A stretch of DNA of 64,000 nucleotides from Neocallimastix sp. 'constans' (Eukaryota): the NCBI GenBank assembly GCA_050613775.1, contig JBODTK010000143.1:248001-312000 (forward strand). The letters run 5' to 3'. The notes beneath the pieces are model-generated. The model saw only the letters and a program-made list of their open reading frames with translations, made no database searches and was not told the DNA's origin. This document shows positions 1-15,024 of this stretch, in pieces. The translations under genes were made by a program, and so were the position numbers. Each line of letters starts with the position of its first letter. The first letter of the stretch is position 1.

Positions 1-691
1 TGTATTCACAAGTACTGCAAATAAGAACACCATCTGGACCTCTTTCAAGAGCCTTTTGTTCAGACTTTGGTGGAGTAAGGTTACATTTTGTGTTATCTAT
101 AATACAGGAAGCTTGATCTTCCCAACCCCAGTAAGAACCATCACCACCAGTAGCAGTAACTTCACATTTATTACAGATAACATTACCAGAAGCATCTTTT
201 TTGTGATTAGATGCAGCAGCAGAAGCTTCTGCCTTTTTTTCATCAAGTTTACCTTCACATTTAGTATTATTAATAATACAAGACTTTTCATCTTCCCAAC
301 CCCATAAAGAATTGTCACCTCCAGTACCAGTAACAACACAACCATTACAAACTATGTTACCTTTGGCATCGGTTTCATGAGCAGCTGGAGCAGAAGTAGT
401 GGTAGTGGTAGTTTCTTTAGCTTTAGCTTTAGTAGTAGTAGAAGAAGTTTTTTTATTTGCTGTCTTCTTTGTACTTTTTTTATATACAGTTGTTGTTTTC
501 TTTGTACTTGTATTTTTACTTTTACTGCAACTGGATGAAATTTTACAGAAGGTACCATCTTCCCAACCCCAAAGGGAACCATCTTTACCAGTAGTAAAAA
601 CAGTACAATCTGAACATTTACTTATTTTGGTAGCTTCAATCTTGCTAAGAAGTAAAGAAGTAGAGAGTAATAAACCAAGAGCAAATTTCAT
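1..691 (-). CDS. Secreted protein with signal peptide and at least 3 (4th starting) CBM10/fungal dockerin-like modules; 3' end outside the window
   Basis: Absent from the ORF track because it runs off the edge. ATG at 691 reads MKFALGLLLSTSLLLSKIEA (signal peptide), then repeats CSDCTVFTTGKDGSLWGWEDGTFCKI, CNGCVVTGTGGDNSLWGWEDEKSCII and CNKCEVTATGGDGSYWGWEDQASCII, with a Thr/Lys-rich linker after the first. The frame stays open to position 1. Confidence 0.85.
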   Translation of the reverse strand, partial: MKFALGLLLSTSLLLSKIEATKISKCSDCTVFTTGKDGSLWGWEDGTFCKISSSCSKSKNTSTKKTTTVYKKSTKKTANKKTSSTTTKAKAKETTTTTTSAPAAHETDAKGNIVCNGCVVTGTGGDNSLWGWEDEKSCIINNTKCEGKLDEKKAEASAAASNHKKDASGNVICNKCEVTATGGDGSYWGWEDQASCIIDNTKCNLTPPKSEQKALERGPDGVLICSTCEY

Positions 692-1192
692 TTTCTTAAA
701 TAAGCTTGTTTCTACTGAAAAAGAAAAAAAAAAAAAAAAGAAAGAAACGTAAAAGAGAAAGTAAAAAAATATATATATTAAAAAATATTAATTATTTATA
801 TAATATTTTATTGTTATTAAAATGAATATAATTTTTTTTTTTATAAAAAAAAAAAAAGTAAATTTTTATTCAGTGATATTGATTTTACTTATTAAAATTA
901 TATTCTAATTGTTTATTTTTTTTTGAATTCAATATAATAATATTAAATACAAATAATCTATTTACACTTTTATATATATACAAAAACTTTTTTATTTTAT
1001 TTTATTATTTTTTTTTTTATAAATTTAATTTGTTATCTTTCTTTTTTTTTTTTTTTTTATATTCTTTTTTTTATATTTTTTTTTTAATTTTTTTAATAAT
1101 TATTTTTATAATAATTATTTTTTGTTTTTAATTTATTTATTAAAAAAAAAATATATTTTTTTAGTGTAATTTTTTACTCTTTTTATATAAAA

Positions 1193-1231
<39 letters not shown>

Positions 1232-2779
1232 TAAATAATAAATAATAATAGTAGTAGTTAGTAGTTAAGATAGTAATAATCATAAACTATTGGTAATCAT
1301 AATAAATAACTTTTTAATTGATTAATAAAAAGTTTAGTTTATATAAAAATTTAGACAATCATTACACAATATTTAATATTTTTTACTATTCAACAGAATT
1401 ATATTAAAATGGAATATTAAATGAAAATAAAAATAAAATAAAACTATTAATTAGAGTTTAACTAATATTTATAGTTTACTTTTTTTTTATTTTTTTTTTT
1501 TTAATATAATATATATAATAAATTGTTTTTAATATAATATTTTTTTTTTATAATACTTTTAAATTTAAATAATAATATTATTATTTATTATTATTCAATT
1601 ATTTATTAAAATTATATATTTATTATTATTTATTATTATTTATTATTTATTATTTATTATTTATTATTTTTTTTTTTTTAATATAATGATTTAATATATT
1701 TTTAATTTTAATTTTTTTTTTAGTAGTTTTAATAGTTTTAATATAAAATTTTTTTTATTATTGTAAATATTTATAAATATTTATAGTAATTATTATGACT
1801 ATTTAACTTTTTTCAATTTCATTTCAACTTTTTATTTTATTATTTCAGTTATTAATAAATATTTAATACTAAAAAGATTTATTAATATTATTATTATTTT
1901 AATACTATTATTATCATTTGATAATACTATTATTATTCCATTATTTATATTATTATTTAATTATTTATATTATTATTCCATTATTTATATTATTATTTAA
2001 TTATTTATAATTATTTTATTTTAATTAATTCTATTATTTCATTATTTATTATTCCATTATTCCATCATTTAATTATTTATTTATTATTATTTAATTATTA
2101 GTTAAAATTACATATGCAATTTTTAATGCGATTTTTAATGTTTTATTAATTATTAATATTTTCTATTTTAGTAATTAATTTAGAAATGTGTCATTTTTTC
2201 TTCATTTTAATTTATTTCATACCTTCTAAAATTGTCTCATTTTTTTTTAATTGCGGATTTATATATATATACTAAAAAATAAAATAAAATTAAATAAAAT
2301 TAAATAAAAAAAAAAAAAGATTCTAAAAATTATTTTTTTTAAGTGAATAAATTTAAAGTAAAAGTTTTTTTTTTTACTTCCTTCTTTCATCAACTGTAAC
2401 TATTTCTTTATTTTTGAATGTATATATCAAATATTAAGCATTGCTAATAGGATTATGTATTATATATAATAAAACACTTTTTTTTATCAAATTTTAAAAT
2501 AAAAAAATCATTCATTCATTCATTCATTCATTCATTGATTCTATCAGAAATGAACTTTTTTTTTTTTCACCTGTTAATTATTACTTTCAATATATCCTAA
2601 AAAATTATTCGTGAGGGGAAAAAGTTAAAAATAGATTAAATAAATTAAATTTCTTTCTTTTTTTTTTTTTTTTTGATTAATTTTACTTTCAATAAATTTA
2701 CGATAAATAAAAAGTAAAAAATAAGCATTTAAATTGAACTATTTTATTATTTAATTTTTACTTTTATTATTTTAATTTA

Positions 2780-3110
2780 ATCTTATTTAATCTTATTATA
2801 TTTTATTATTTATTATTTAATCTTATTATATTTTATTATTTATTATTTAATATTTATTTTTATTTTATTATTTAATCTTATTATATTTTATTATTTATTA
2901 TTTAATCTTATTATATTTTATTATTTATTATTTAATCTTATTATATTTTATTATTTATTATTTAATCTTATTATATTTTATTTTTATTTTATTATTTAAT
3001 CTTATTATATTTTATTTTTATTTTATTATTTAATCTTATTATATTTAATATTTATTTTTATTAATTTATTTAATCTTATTATATTTTATTATTTATTTAT
3101 TATAATTTAT
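2780..3110. repeat. AT-rich minisatellite (~28-bp unit TTATTTAATCTTATTATATTTTATTATT)
   Basis: TTTAATCTTATTATATTTTATT recurs about 8-9 times. Confidence 0.75.
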
Positions 3111-4701
3111 TATTTAATATTTATTATATTAATTTATTATTATTTTACTATTTAATATTGATTTTATTATTTTATTTTTATTTTGATATTAATAATTACT
3201 ATTATTATCATGTTTTTATTATTATCATTAAATAAAATCTTATCATTAAATAATAATTTTATTTTTTATAAGGTTCTATTGATATAGATTTAACCAATAT
3301 AAAAAATTAATGAATACACTAAATAAATAATTTTAATCATCAATAAATTATTTAAATTTTCTTAAAGTTGATATATTATTCATTTACTTTTTATAAATTA
3401 ATAATTCTTAGAAAGAAACAAAGAAAATAATTAATAAATATTTCTCTTTTATTATTTATTAATAAATATTTCTTTATTATAATTTATTAATAAATATTTC
3501 TTTATTATTATTTATTAATAAATACTCTTTTTTTATTATTTATTATTTCATGAGATACCAACAGGAAATAAATTAAAATTAAAATAAAAATTAAAATATA
3601 AATATAAATATAAATATAACTAAAATAATGGATTTTCTTAAATCAGACTAATTAAATAAATATTAAATGATAGGTAAAATAGATTTTCAATTTATATAAA
3701 AAATAATAAGAGTGAATAATAAATAATTAATAATATTCCATAATTATTATAATAAATAATTAATATTATTCCATAATTATTATAATAAATAATTAATATT
3801 ATTCCATAATTATTATAATTATTTGTGTTTTAATAGTTCAAAAATGAATGAAATTGAAAATATCTTTTTTTATTTTTTATTTTAAATTTAAAAATAAATA
3901 AACAAATAAATAAAATTTATTATTATTATTATTATTTTTAGAATAGAATCTGACCATCATCATAAATGTTTTTTTTTTTTTTTTCTATTATTTCTTATTT
4001 TTTTTATATATTATTTTTTTATATAAATTATTTTTTTATATAAATTATTTTTATATGAAATTGAAATTGAATGTTTCATAACTTTATATTATATTGTTTA
4101 TTATTTTTTCCATTTTAGTTGAATGAAAAAAATTTATTTATCTATTTATTTATTTATTATACATATTATATACAAATTATAATTTATATATTTATTTTTT
4201 TTTTAATATTATTTTAATATTGGTTATGATTACTCATTAAATGGTTTATTTTATTAATAAATACTTTTTTTTTATAATTTATTATTTATTATTTATTAAT
4301 AAATACTTTATTTTATTATATATTAATAAATACTTTTTTTTTATTATTTATTATTTATTAATAACATACTCTTTTGATTATTTATTATTTATTAATAGTA
4401 TACTTTTCTCATTTTTTATTATTTATTATTTATTAATAACATACTTTTCTCTTTTTTTATTATTTATTGTTCCATTATTATTTATTAATAATTTTATTAT
4501 TCAATTATTCAATTATTATTTAATATATTTGACCAATGATTATTCAACATAATGTTTCCATTATTTTTCATTGTGTTTCAATGATTTTAATTTATTTTTA
4601 ATATATTTTTAATGTAATACAATTTCATAGGAAAATATAAAACTTTATTTTTTAATTTATTTTTATTATTATTATTAAATTAAATTTATAATTAAATAAT
4701 A

Positions 4702-4910
<209 letters not shown>

Positions 4911-5141
4911 AATTTTCATGGTATAATAATTATTTTATTTAAAGTTTTTATTTTTTATTTTAATTTATATGAAAAACTTTTTTTTTTTATATATTTTGAT
5001 GGTAGACTCTTTTTTTATTATATTAAATTAAATTTAATAATTAATATATAAAAATTAATTTATATTGATTTAAATTGATAATGAAACAAAAAAAAAAAAA
5101 AAATAATAAAATATAAAACTAAAAAAAATAATACTAATAAT

Positions 5142-5303
5142 ATTAAATGATATTAAAGAAGAAATTAAATGATATTAAAGAAGATATTAAATGATATTAA
5201 AGAAGAGATTAAATGATATTAAAGAAGAGATTAAATGATATTAAAGAAGAGATTAAATGATATTAAAGAAGAGATTAAATGATATTAAAGAAGAGATTAA
5301 ATA
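5142..5303. repeat. 22-bp tandem repeat ATTAAATGATATTAAAGAAGAG, ~7 copies
   Basis: Directly visible tandem copies. Confidence 0.9.
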
Positions 5304-5929
5304 TAAATAATAAAATAAAAATTATAATAATTAGATAGGAATAATACCAAATTCTAACCGATATAAGTTGAAACAACAATAATGTTTCATTTTAATTATT
5401 ATTATTTTATTTATAAATATAAAATCATTTTACTCTAAATTAATTCCTTGATATTATGAAATACAATATTTATTTTGTTAAAATAAGTTATTAGTATTTT
5501 ATTAAAAAAAATATTTGATTTAATATATATTAATTACTCTTTTTTTTTTTTTTTGCATTTTATTTTATTTAATTCTTTTTCATTAATACTTTACTTTTAA
5601 TATTATTTCACTATTCAATTTCATTTTTATTTCATTTTTATTTCATTTTTATTTCAATTAATTTGTTTTAAATTTATATTAAATTAAAATTATATTTAAA
5701 AATAGATTAAACAAAAGCCATAAAAAATAAAATAAATAAATAAATTAATAAATAATTGTATCAATTATATGTCATTTTGTTAATTATTAATTGGGTTCAA
5801 TCTCTTTTAAGATGACAAATTGACAAAATGAAAATGGGATCATTTAAAAATTATTCTATTTTATTTTATTTATTATATTATCTTAATTCATGTTTATTTT
5901 TTAATTTAACTCATTTATTCAATAGTTTT

Positions 5930-6375
5930 CTCATTAAACCGTTATCATGAATACTATTAATTTTATCGATTCCTCTAAAATCCTAGTTTGTTTAATAACT
6001 ACTTGATTAAGATATTAATACTAATTGTTAAATGAAAATTGATTTAGATGATATGATTATTTTTATATGCTTGAATGAACTTAAGAGTAATTCCTTAAAA
6101 TTTTTAGACCTTCTTAATGGAAAAATCTGAATTAAAAAAAAAAAAAAAAAAAAAAATTAAATAAAATAAAAATTTTTAAATTAGTGTATTAACCTTAAAT
6201 TAATTACTGATTTTTTTCATTAATACAACCAGAGGTTCTAAAATTTCATGTAAAAATTAGTTAAAAATTAAAATAATATTTTATTCAATTGTGAAGTACT
6301 AGCTCTCATTTCAAATAAATTTACCTCTCATATTTAATTTTTTTTTTTTTTTTTACAATTTAGTTGAGCATCCTG

Positions 6376-6417
<42 letters not shown>

Positions 6418-6720
6418 TCAGTAATAAATGTATCCTATTGAAGGAATTCCCCTTTTTCTTGAGAATTATTAATAATTAATTAATTATTTTAGGAAAGATT
6501 ATTATCAAAGTAGGATTGATTTAATATGTATCTTACCAGATCAGAATGACATTAATTATATTTAAACATTACCTTTAAAATTAGAAATTTCATTAACTAT
6601 CTTTTAATTAATAGATATTAATTATAGTTCTACATATTATATGATAATGTATGATTATTATTATCATAATCACCTTTAATACCCTCAAAGATATTAGCAC
6701 CTCTAAAATCATAAGGAAAT
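5930..6720 (-). pseudogene. Possible decayed coding remnant of unknown origin
   Basis: Less AT-extreme than its flanks. Minus-strand stretches such as FPYDFRGANIFEGIKGDYDNNHTLS* and YEVNLFEMRASTSQLNKNII are broken by many stops. No family recognised. Confidence 0.25.
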
Positions 6721-7089
6721 TTATATTATTAATAATAATAAAAAATATCAGGTTTATATAATTAAATTATATATAATTTTATTCATTTTTATTATTAATA
6801 ATTATTAAATAAAATTAAATAAAATTTGGTATGAATTTTTTTTTTTTTTTTTTTTTTATCTTTAAGACATTAATTGATGGTGTGCAACTCTTTGAATTTC
6901 AATGAAAAATTCAATTTTTTAACTCACTATATACTATAAGAAGAATTATATATTTTTAATATTAATATTAATAAATGCGTTTTGAGGAAATTTTTTTTAT
7001 TTAAAAAAAAAAAATTGTAAATTTAAACCACTTTTGTATATATATATATAATAGATAACGTAATTCTCCCATATCAACAGCTAGGTATG

Positions 7090-7993
<904 letters not shown>

Positions 7994-8374
7994 TCCATGA
8001 CTACCTAATAATAATTTCTTTAAGTTTTGATTCATTTTTGATAAATGGGTTATACCAAAAAGAAATGAAATTATCAAAGTTTGATCATTTGTAATAATGT
8101 TCAACAGTAACATAAAAATATTTAAAGAATATATGTGTTTTAAATCTTTGGTTGATTTGAAAAATTAGGTTTTCAAAAACGTCATTATAATTAAACAAAA
8201 GAAAGAACATAAAGCTAAAAGTAGTAGTAGTCCTAAGAAGAGAGGTAGAAGACCTAGAAACAGTTGGGATGATAACACAAGAGAGTTTTTAGAAAAGTTA
8301 CGTAAATTTATGTAAATTGGTATTGGAACATAGAAGAACTAAAGCAGAAGTATTAACTATGATTAAAAAGGATG

Positions 8375-8550
8375 AAAAAAAGCTTGGTCTATTTTTTCAG
8401 CTAATTATTTGAATTATAATAAGTTAATTAATGACATGTTTAAGAATAAACCACCGAGTAAAAAAAAAAGCTTGGTCTATTTTTTCAGCTAATTATTTGA
8501 ATTATAATAAGTTAATTAATGACATGTTTAAGAATAAACCACCGAGTAAA
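8375..8550. repeat. Exact 88-bp tandem duplication
   Basis: AGCTTGGTCTATTTTTTCAGC...AAACCACCGAGTAAA starts at 8381 and again at 8469. Confidence 0.9.
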
Positions 8551-8754
8551 CCCAAAAAGAAATTATAATTGCAAATATATAAAACTTTTTAATTTTGTTA
8601 TTGATGTTAAAGAATATTAAAAAAGCTAATGATATAAATAAAGTTATTAATAGATATAAATTAGTACTAAATTTAATTAAATAAAATAATTATTTATTAA
8701 TATTTAATTACAAAGATTTAAAATAAAGTAAAAATAGAAATAAAAATAAAAAAG

Positions 8755-9025
8755 TAAATAGATAAATAAGTAAATAAATAAATAAGTAAATAAATAAGTA
8801 AGTAAATAAATAAGTAAGTAAATAAATAAGTAAGTAAATAAATAAATAAGTAAATAAATAAATAAGTAAATAAATAAATAAGTAAATAAATAAATAAGTA
8901 AATAAATAAATTAGTAAATAAACAAATAAATAAGTAAATAAATATATATAAGTAAATAAATAAATAAGTAAATAAATAAATATATAAGTATATAAATAAA
9001 TATATAAGTATATAAATAAATAGAT
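8755..9025. repeat. (TAAA/TAAG)n compound microsatellite
   Basis: Directly visible. Confidence 0.85.
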
Positions 9026-11150
9026 AATAAAAAAAAAAAAATTCTATGTATCTTTAAAAAAAATAAATAAATTATTCTTCTAAAATAAAATATTTAAGGT
9101 TTAAAAAAAATTTTTTTTTTTTAACCTTCTTTATTTATTTGATTAACCACTTTATCAATAATTAAAAATTAAAAGGTTAATTCTTGAAATCAAAAAAACG
9201 TATTTTAAATAAAATATAAATAATTAAAAAAGAAAAAAAAATTAAATTAAATTTAAAAGGTTTATAAATCTTAAAAATATAAAAAATATATATATATATA
9301 TATTTTTTTTTCAGTATTCTTAAAAATATATGAAAATTAATATTTAAATATATATATATATATATAATTCTTTAAATGTTTTTAATAAAATATTTTTTAA
9401 AAACAAATAATTATTATATTAAAATAAAAATTAAAAGTTTATATATATCTTTAAAATAAATATATAAATAAAATATTCTTTAAAAAATAAAATATTTAAA
9501 AGAAAAGTTTTAGAAAAGAAAATTTTTATTTTTATTTTTTTTTAACCTTTCGTGTTTATTTGTTTAATGTTTTCATTACTTCATATAGATATTTTTAAGG
9601 GAAAGAAAGATTGGAGGCCCTACTGTCCTTTCTTCTCGTTATTCCGGTCTAAAGATAAAAAAAAATAATTTATTTATATTTCTAAAACAAAAACAATAAA
9701 GAACGCCACAATATATATAAAGCTTCATTGAGAAATGCAGTACTCTCTATTGATGTATTTATAAATAAAAACCAAGAAATTAACAAGATTAATAGATAAT
9801 ATAAATAATTATATAAGAATGATTAAGAGTAATTAAGTGTTTCTTGTAATTTTCAATAATTTTATTTCATTACGGATATAATTTAATTCTAACTGTGTTA
9901 AAATATTGGTTTTAAATAGAATTGCATTCCTTTCTTTATCTTTTTTTTTTTTTTTTTTTTCATTCAATTAGTATTTATAATTAGTATTTATTATATCCTT
10001 TGTATAATCTTTTTTAAAAAATGATGAAATTTTTAAATTATATTAGAAATAATATTGTATAATTTAATAAATATTGTATTATTATAAAATAAATATATAT
10101 AAATATATATAATGATTATGTGTCTTTTGAATATCTCTATAATTGAAAAGATAAAGTCGTTATATAAATGTAATTCCTTTGATTTAATATTTATTACAAA
10201 AAAAAAAAATCAATAATTATATTTAATTTATTATTTCTAAACTTATTTTTAAGGAAGTCATCGATGTTTATAATTAAATAAATAATTTGTTTTAGAACTC
10301 ATTTCTATGGAAGTCATCTATTTTTATAATTATATAATTTGTTTTAGAATAAAATTAAAATTTATAATTAAATAATTTGTTTTAGAATAAAATTAAATTT
10401 ATATTGAAGTAATTTTTTTATAACTAAAATTCAATATCTTTTAAATAAAAAAAACTTTTATAATTATTTTAAAGAATAAAAATAAATCAATAAATAAGTA
10501 AATAAGTAAATAAGTAAATAAAAACTTCATTATATTAAAATATTTATGAGTAAAATATTAAAATTTTTATTAAAAGTGTACTATCCATATTTATATTTAT
10601 ATATATATTACTTTATTTCACTCTTCGATTTAATTTAAATAAATGAAAAAATATATATTATTTATAATTAAAAAAAAAAAAAAAATATTAAATGAATTAT
10701 TTTTTTATTAATATACTTTATTTTTTTTTTTTTTTTTTTGAAAAAAAAAAAAAAAAAAAAAAAAAAAAGCAAATGTCTCTTTATCTTTTCATTAAATCTT
10801 AATAATTAAAATTTTTTTTTTTTTTTTTTTTTTATCATTGATTTAAAAATAATTATTATAACAAAGAAAATTTATTAATGCAGTATTTTAATTATAGCTA
10901 TATATTCTAAACTATATATACAATTAAGTTTGAAGATTGAAATATAGTATCGCATTAATTCAAATATAAAAATCATAATTTATTTACTTCTAATATAAAT
11001 AAAAGTTTTAAACTTTCCAAAATTCTAATATTTTTAAATGTTAGTTTATTTATTTATGGTCCTATATTATTATTATTATAATTATTAATATTATTATTAT
11101 TAATTATTATTATTAATTATTATTATTATTAATTATTATTATTATTATTA

Positions 11151-11229
<79 letters not shown>

Positions 11230-11523
11230 ATAATTATACTATTACTATTATTTCTAATATTATTATTAATGTAATTTTTTTTTATTATATTTTTGCTTCA
11301 TTTTTATTTTATTTTATTTTATATTTAATATTTATTTTTTAATTTATTAACATCTATAGGTATATTACTTTTAATTAGTAAGAAATAGAGAATTATCAAA
11401 AAAACCTTAATATATTAAATTAGAAAAATAAAATAAAAAAAAAATAAAAATAAAAATAAAAATAAAAATAAAAATAGTAAAATAGAAAAAATAGAAAAGA
11501 AATAATGTATTAATATTTTAATC

Positions 11524-14500
11524 ATGGGGTTGTTTGATATAAGAGCAAAGGAAGAAAAACTTTTCGATTACATTTCGGAAGAAAATATTGCTAAAATTGA
11601 AAAAATATTAACAAAAAATAAAGAAAATATTGACATCAATAAAACGAATAGAGACGGAGAATCTCTGCTTTTAAAAGCTATCCAAAAAAATAACAATGAA
11701 ATTGTCCAATTAATCATAAATTATGCCAATGAAAAAAACGTTATTTTAAAAGTGAATAAAAAAGATAAAGATGACTGGACTCCCCTTGACCAAGCAATTA
11801 ATTTAAGTAATACGGATATTGTTAAATCAATAATAGATTACGTTACTGAAAAAAAAGACGATATTACCTTAGAAATTAATAAAAAAGATAAAGATGACAA
11901 TACTCCAATTTTAGTGGCCATCCTAAAGAATAATGATGACATTGTTAAGATGATCCTGGACTATGCAAATAAAATTAATGTGAATATAGCAATAAATGAA
12001 CCCAATAAGGATGGCATCTTCCCTCTTCAACAAGCAATCACCAATAATAATACAAATATAGTCAACTATCTGACGGAGTATGCCTATCGCAATTTCGTAA
12101 TACTAAAAATTAATGAAAAAGACAAAGAGGGCTGGTATCCTCTCTATAAAGCTGTCAGTAATAATAATCAGGACATTGTTAAATCAATACTGGATTATGC
12201 AAATAAAATTATTACGGTTCTGGAAATGAAAGAAAAAGATAAGGAGGGATGGTACCCGCTTCATCGGGCCATTAAATCATCCAATGTAGATATAGTCAAT
12301 CTACTGATAAACTATGCCGATGAAAATAATATTATTTTGGAACTAAATGAAAAAGATGAGGAAGGATGGTTTCCACTGTATCGAGCCATAAACAATAATA
12401 ACGCGACAATGGTTAAGCTCATTGTGGACTATGCTCGAAAGAATAATATTATTCTGGAAATGAACGAAAAAGATAAGGAAGAATGGTATCCGCTTTCTAA
12501 GGCCATCACAAATGATGGAAAGGAAATTGTGGAGACCCTAACCGGCTACATTAACGACTACAACATCAAAATAGAAATTAATGAAAAGGATAAAAACGGA
12601 TGGTATCTTGCTCATAAAGCCATCTCCGAAAGCAATGCCTCCATACTCCATTTCCTTATGGATTACGCAGAAAAAAATAACCTTATTCTGAATATTAATG
12701 ATAAATCGGAAGAGGGTCGCTATCCGCTGAACACAGCGATTCTAAAGAACGATTCGGCGATAGTGAAATTAATTTTGGAATACGCCATCCAATACAAGAC
12801 GGATTTAAATATTAATGAGAAAGATAAAGACGGATGGTATCCGTTGTACAAAGCCATTGAGAATAATAATTTTGAAATCATTCAAATGCTTATCAATTAT
12901 GCCAACGAAAAAAACATCATCTTAGCGATACAAGAAAAAGTTGAAAATGGATGGACGACCCTAAATAAAGCTATCAGTCTGGATAACACGGATATTGTTG
13001 AAATACTACTCAACTATGCCAATAAATATGGAATTAATTTTGATGTTAATGAAAGAGATGAGGATGGAATTTATAGAATCTTACATGTCATTAATTTAGA
13101 TAATTATAGGCTCATAAAATTGATTGTCGACTATGTCAACAAAAACAATATCGGATTTGATATCAATAAAAAGGATGAAAATGGTTGGTATCCGCTCTAT
13201 AAGGCGGTGAATGAAAATAACATCGAAAAGGTGGAATTAATTATAAAATTTGCCAATAAAATTAATGTGACCTTAGAAGTCAACGAAAAAGATCCCAATG
13301 GGGATTACCCCCTCTACAAAGCCATTGATCTAAATAATATCAATGTGGTGAAATTAATTTTAGCCTATGCCATTGAAAATGGTAATAACCTAAATATTAA
13401 TGAAAAAGATCATGACGGATGGTATCCGCTTTTCAAGGCCATAGACCTTAACAACATTGAAATCATTCAACTTCTTTTGGATTATGCCATCAAATATAAA
13501 ATCATTTTAGATATAAACGAAAAAGATGTGAAGGGAAACTTCCCTCTACTTAAAGCAATAAATGAAAATAAATTAGATATAGTGGAATTAATTCTGAATT
13601 ATGCAAATAAAACCGGCGTTATCTTGAATATCAATGAGAAGGATGAAAATCAGCAGGATTCCTTACAAAAGGCTCTAAATAGGAATAATATGAAGATGGC
13701 AAGGTTAATCTTAAATTATGCCAATGAAAATAACATTAATCTGGAAATAAATGAACCGGATAAGGATGGTTGGTGTCCACTCTATCGAATGATCAATGAG
13801 AATAATACGGACATGGTTCAGCTAATTCTGGAACATGCCGATCATAACAAAATCCTGTTGAATTTAAATGAAAAAGGAAAGGACGGTTGGTCCCCGCTCT
13901 TCGATCCAATGAACGGAAATAACACCAAAATAGTTCAGTTCATGCTAAACTACGCTGAAAAGAATAACATCGTTTTAAATATTAATGAGAAGGACGAGAA
14001 TGGAAATTATTTGCTTTTCAAAACCATCAAGGCAGATAATGAGGAATTAATTAAATTAATCATAAATTATTCACACAAAAGCAATATCATTTTTGATGTA
14101 AATGAAAAAGATGGAAAAGGGAACAACCTTCTTCACCGGGCCGTCAATGAAAATAATACCATCATCGTTAAATTTATACTACTCTATGCCAGAGTCAATA
14201 ATGTTTTGTTAAATATAAATGAAAAGGATGAGGAGGGATGGTATCCACTTTACAGAGCCATCGATAAAAATAATAGTGAAGTGGTTCGATGCATTTTAAG
14301 TTACGCCAGCCGAAACAATATTATCTTAGAAATTAATGAGAAATCAAAGAACGATTGGGATCCCCTTCATAAGGCCTTCAATGAGGACTGTCATACGATA
14401 GTTGATCTCATCCTAGAATATGCCTCTAAAAATAATATTGATATTGATGTGAATGAAAAGGGGGACGATTTATTAAAACTTCTTTATAAGGCAATTAATA

Positions 14501-15024
14501 AAAATTCAACGAGCATGGTAAAACTAATCACCGACTACGCCAATAAAAATAGCATAAAACTAAATATCAAAGAAAAAAATGAGGAGGGATGGTTTTCACT
14601 TCATAAGGCCATCTCCTCCAACAATACGGAGTTGGTACAATACATACTGGATTATATTGTTAAGAATGGTATTGATTTTAATATTAATGAAATCGATAAT
14701 AATAAATCTTGTCCAATTTTACTTGCAATAAACTTGGATAATATTGATATCGTTAAATCAATTATAAATTATTCCAAGCAAAAAAATGTAGTTATCAATC
14801 TTAAGTTGAAAAACAATGATGGAGATTATCCATTGTTGAAGGCCATGAACAATATAGACATGTTTTATCTAATAGTGGATAGTGCAAAAGAAAATGGTAC
14901 CAACATAAAAATTAATAATGATGATGTTAATATTTTAACTCAGAAAGCCATGGACATTGGTAATAATGAACTAGTTGAAAAATTAAAAGAAATTTCCAAA
15001 GAAAATGAAGAAAAATCTAATTAA
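11524..15024 (+). CDS. Ankyrin-repeat protein, 1166 aa, roughly 28 repeats with a 39-aa period
   Basis: Intronless ORF with consensus NEKDKDGWYPLYKAIxNNNxxIVKLILxYAxxNNIxLxI, matching the ankyrin G-x-(T/Y)-P-L-H-x-A pattern. Confidence 0.95.
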   Translation: MGLFDIRAKEEKLFDYISEENIAKIEKILTKNKENIDINKTNRDGESLLLKAIQKNNNEIVQLIINYANEKNVILKVNKKDKDDWTPLDQAINLSNTDIVKSIIDYVTEKKDDITLEINKKDKDDNTPILVAILKNNDDIVKMILDYANKINVNIAINEPNKDGIFPLQQAITNNNTNIVNYLTEYAYRNFVILKINEKDKEGWYPLYKAVSNNNQDIVKSILDYANKIITVLEMKEKDKEGWYPLHRAIKSSNVDIVNLLINYADENNIILELNEKDEEGWFPLYRAINNNNATMVKLIVDYARKNNIILEMNEKDKEEWYPLSKAITNDGKEIVETLTGYINDYNIKIEINEKDKNGWYLAHKAISESNASILHFLMDYAEKNNLILNINDKSEEGRYPLNTAILKNDSAIVKLILEYAIQYKTDLNINEKDKDGWYPLYKAIENNNFEIIQMLINYANEKNIILAIQEKVENGWTTLNKAISLDNTDIVEILLNYANKYGINFDVNERDEDGIYRILHVINLDNYRLIKLIVDYVNKNNIGFDINKKDENGWYPLYKAVNENNIEKVELIIKFANKINVTLEVNEKDPNGDYPLYKAIDLNNINVVKLILAYAIENGNNLNINEKDHDGWYPLFKAIDLNNIEIIQLLLDYAIKYKIILDINEKDVKGNFPLLKAINENKLDIVELILNYANKTGVILNINEKDENQQDSLQKALNRNNMKMARLILNYANENNINLEINEPDKDGWCPLYRMINENNTDMVQLILEHADHNKILLNLNEKGKDGWSPLFDPMNGNNTKIVQFMLNYAEKNNIVLNINEKDENGNYLLFKTIKADNEELIKLIINYSHKSNIIFDVNEKDGKGNNLLHRAVNENNTIIVKFILLYARVNNVLLNINEKDEEGWYPLYRAIDKNNSEVVRCILSYASRNNIILEINEKSKNDWDPLHKAFNEDCHTIVDLILEYASKNNIDIDVNEKGDDLLKLLYKAINKNSTSMVKLITDYANKNSIKLNIKEKNEEGWFSLHKAISSNNTELVQYILDYIVKNGIDFNINEIDNNKSCPILLAINLDNIDIVKSIINYSKQKNVVINLKLKNNDGDYPLLKAMNNIDMFYLIVDSAKENGTNIKINNDDVNILTQKAMDIGNNELVEKLKEISKENEEKSN

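Noticed and set aside
56..752. Four short ORFs in the track (56-307, 97-345, 352-582, 399-752)
   Set aside because: Alternative-frame or antisense shadows of the real minus-strand CBM10-repeat gene starting at 691.
4241..4552. 103-aa hydrophobic ORF, and similar ORFs at 22244, 33484, 39878-40361, 46759 and 63680-63938
   Set aside because: F/I/L/Y/K-rich translations expected from AT-rich low-complexity intergenic DNA.
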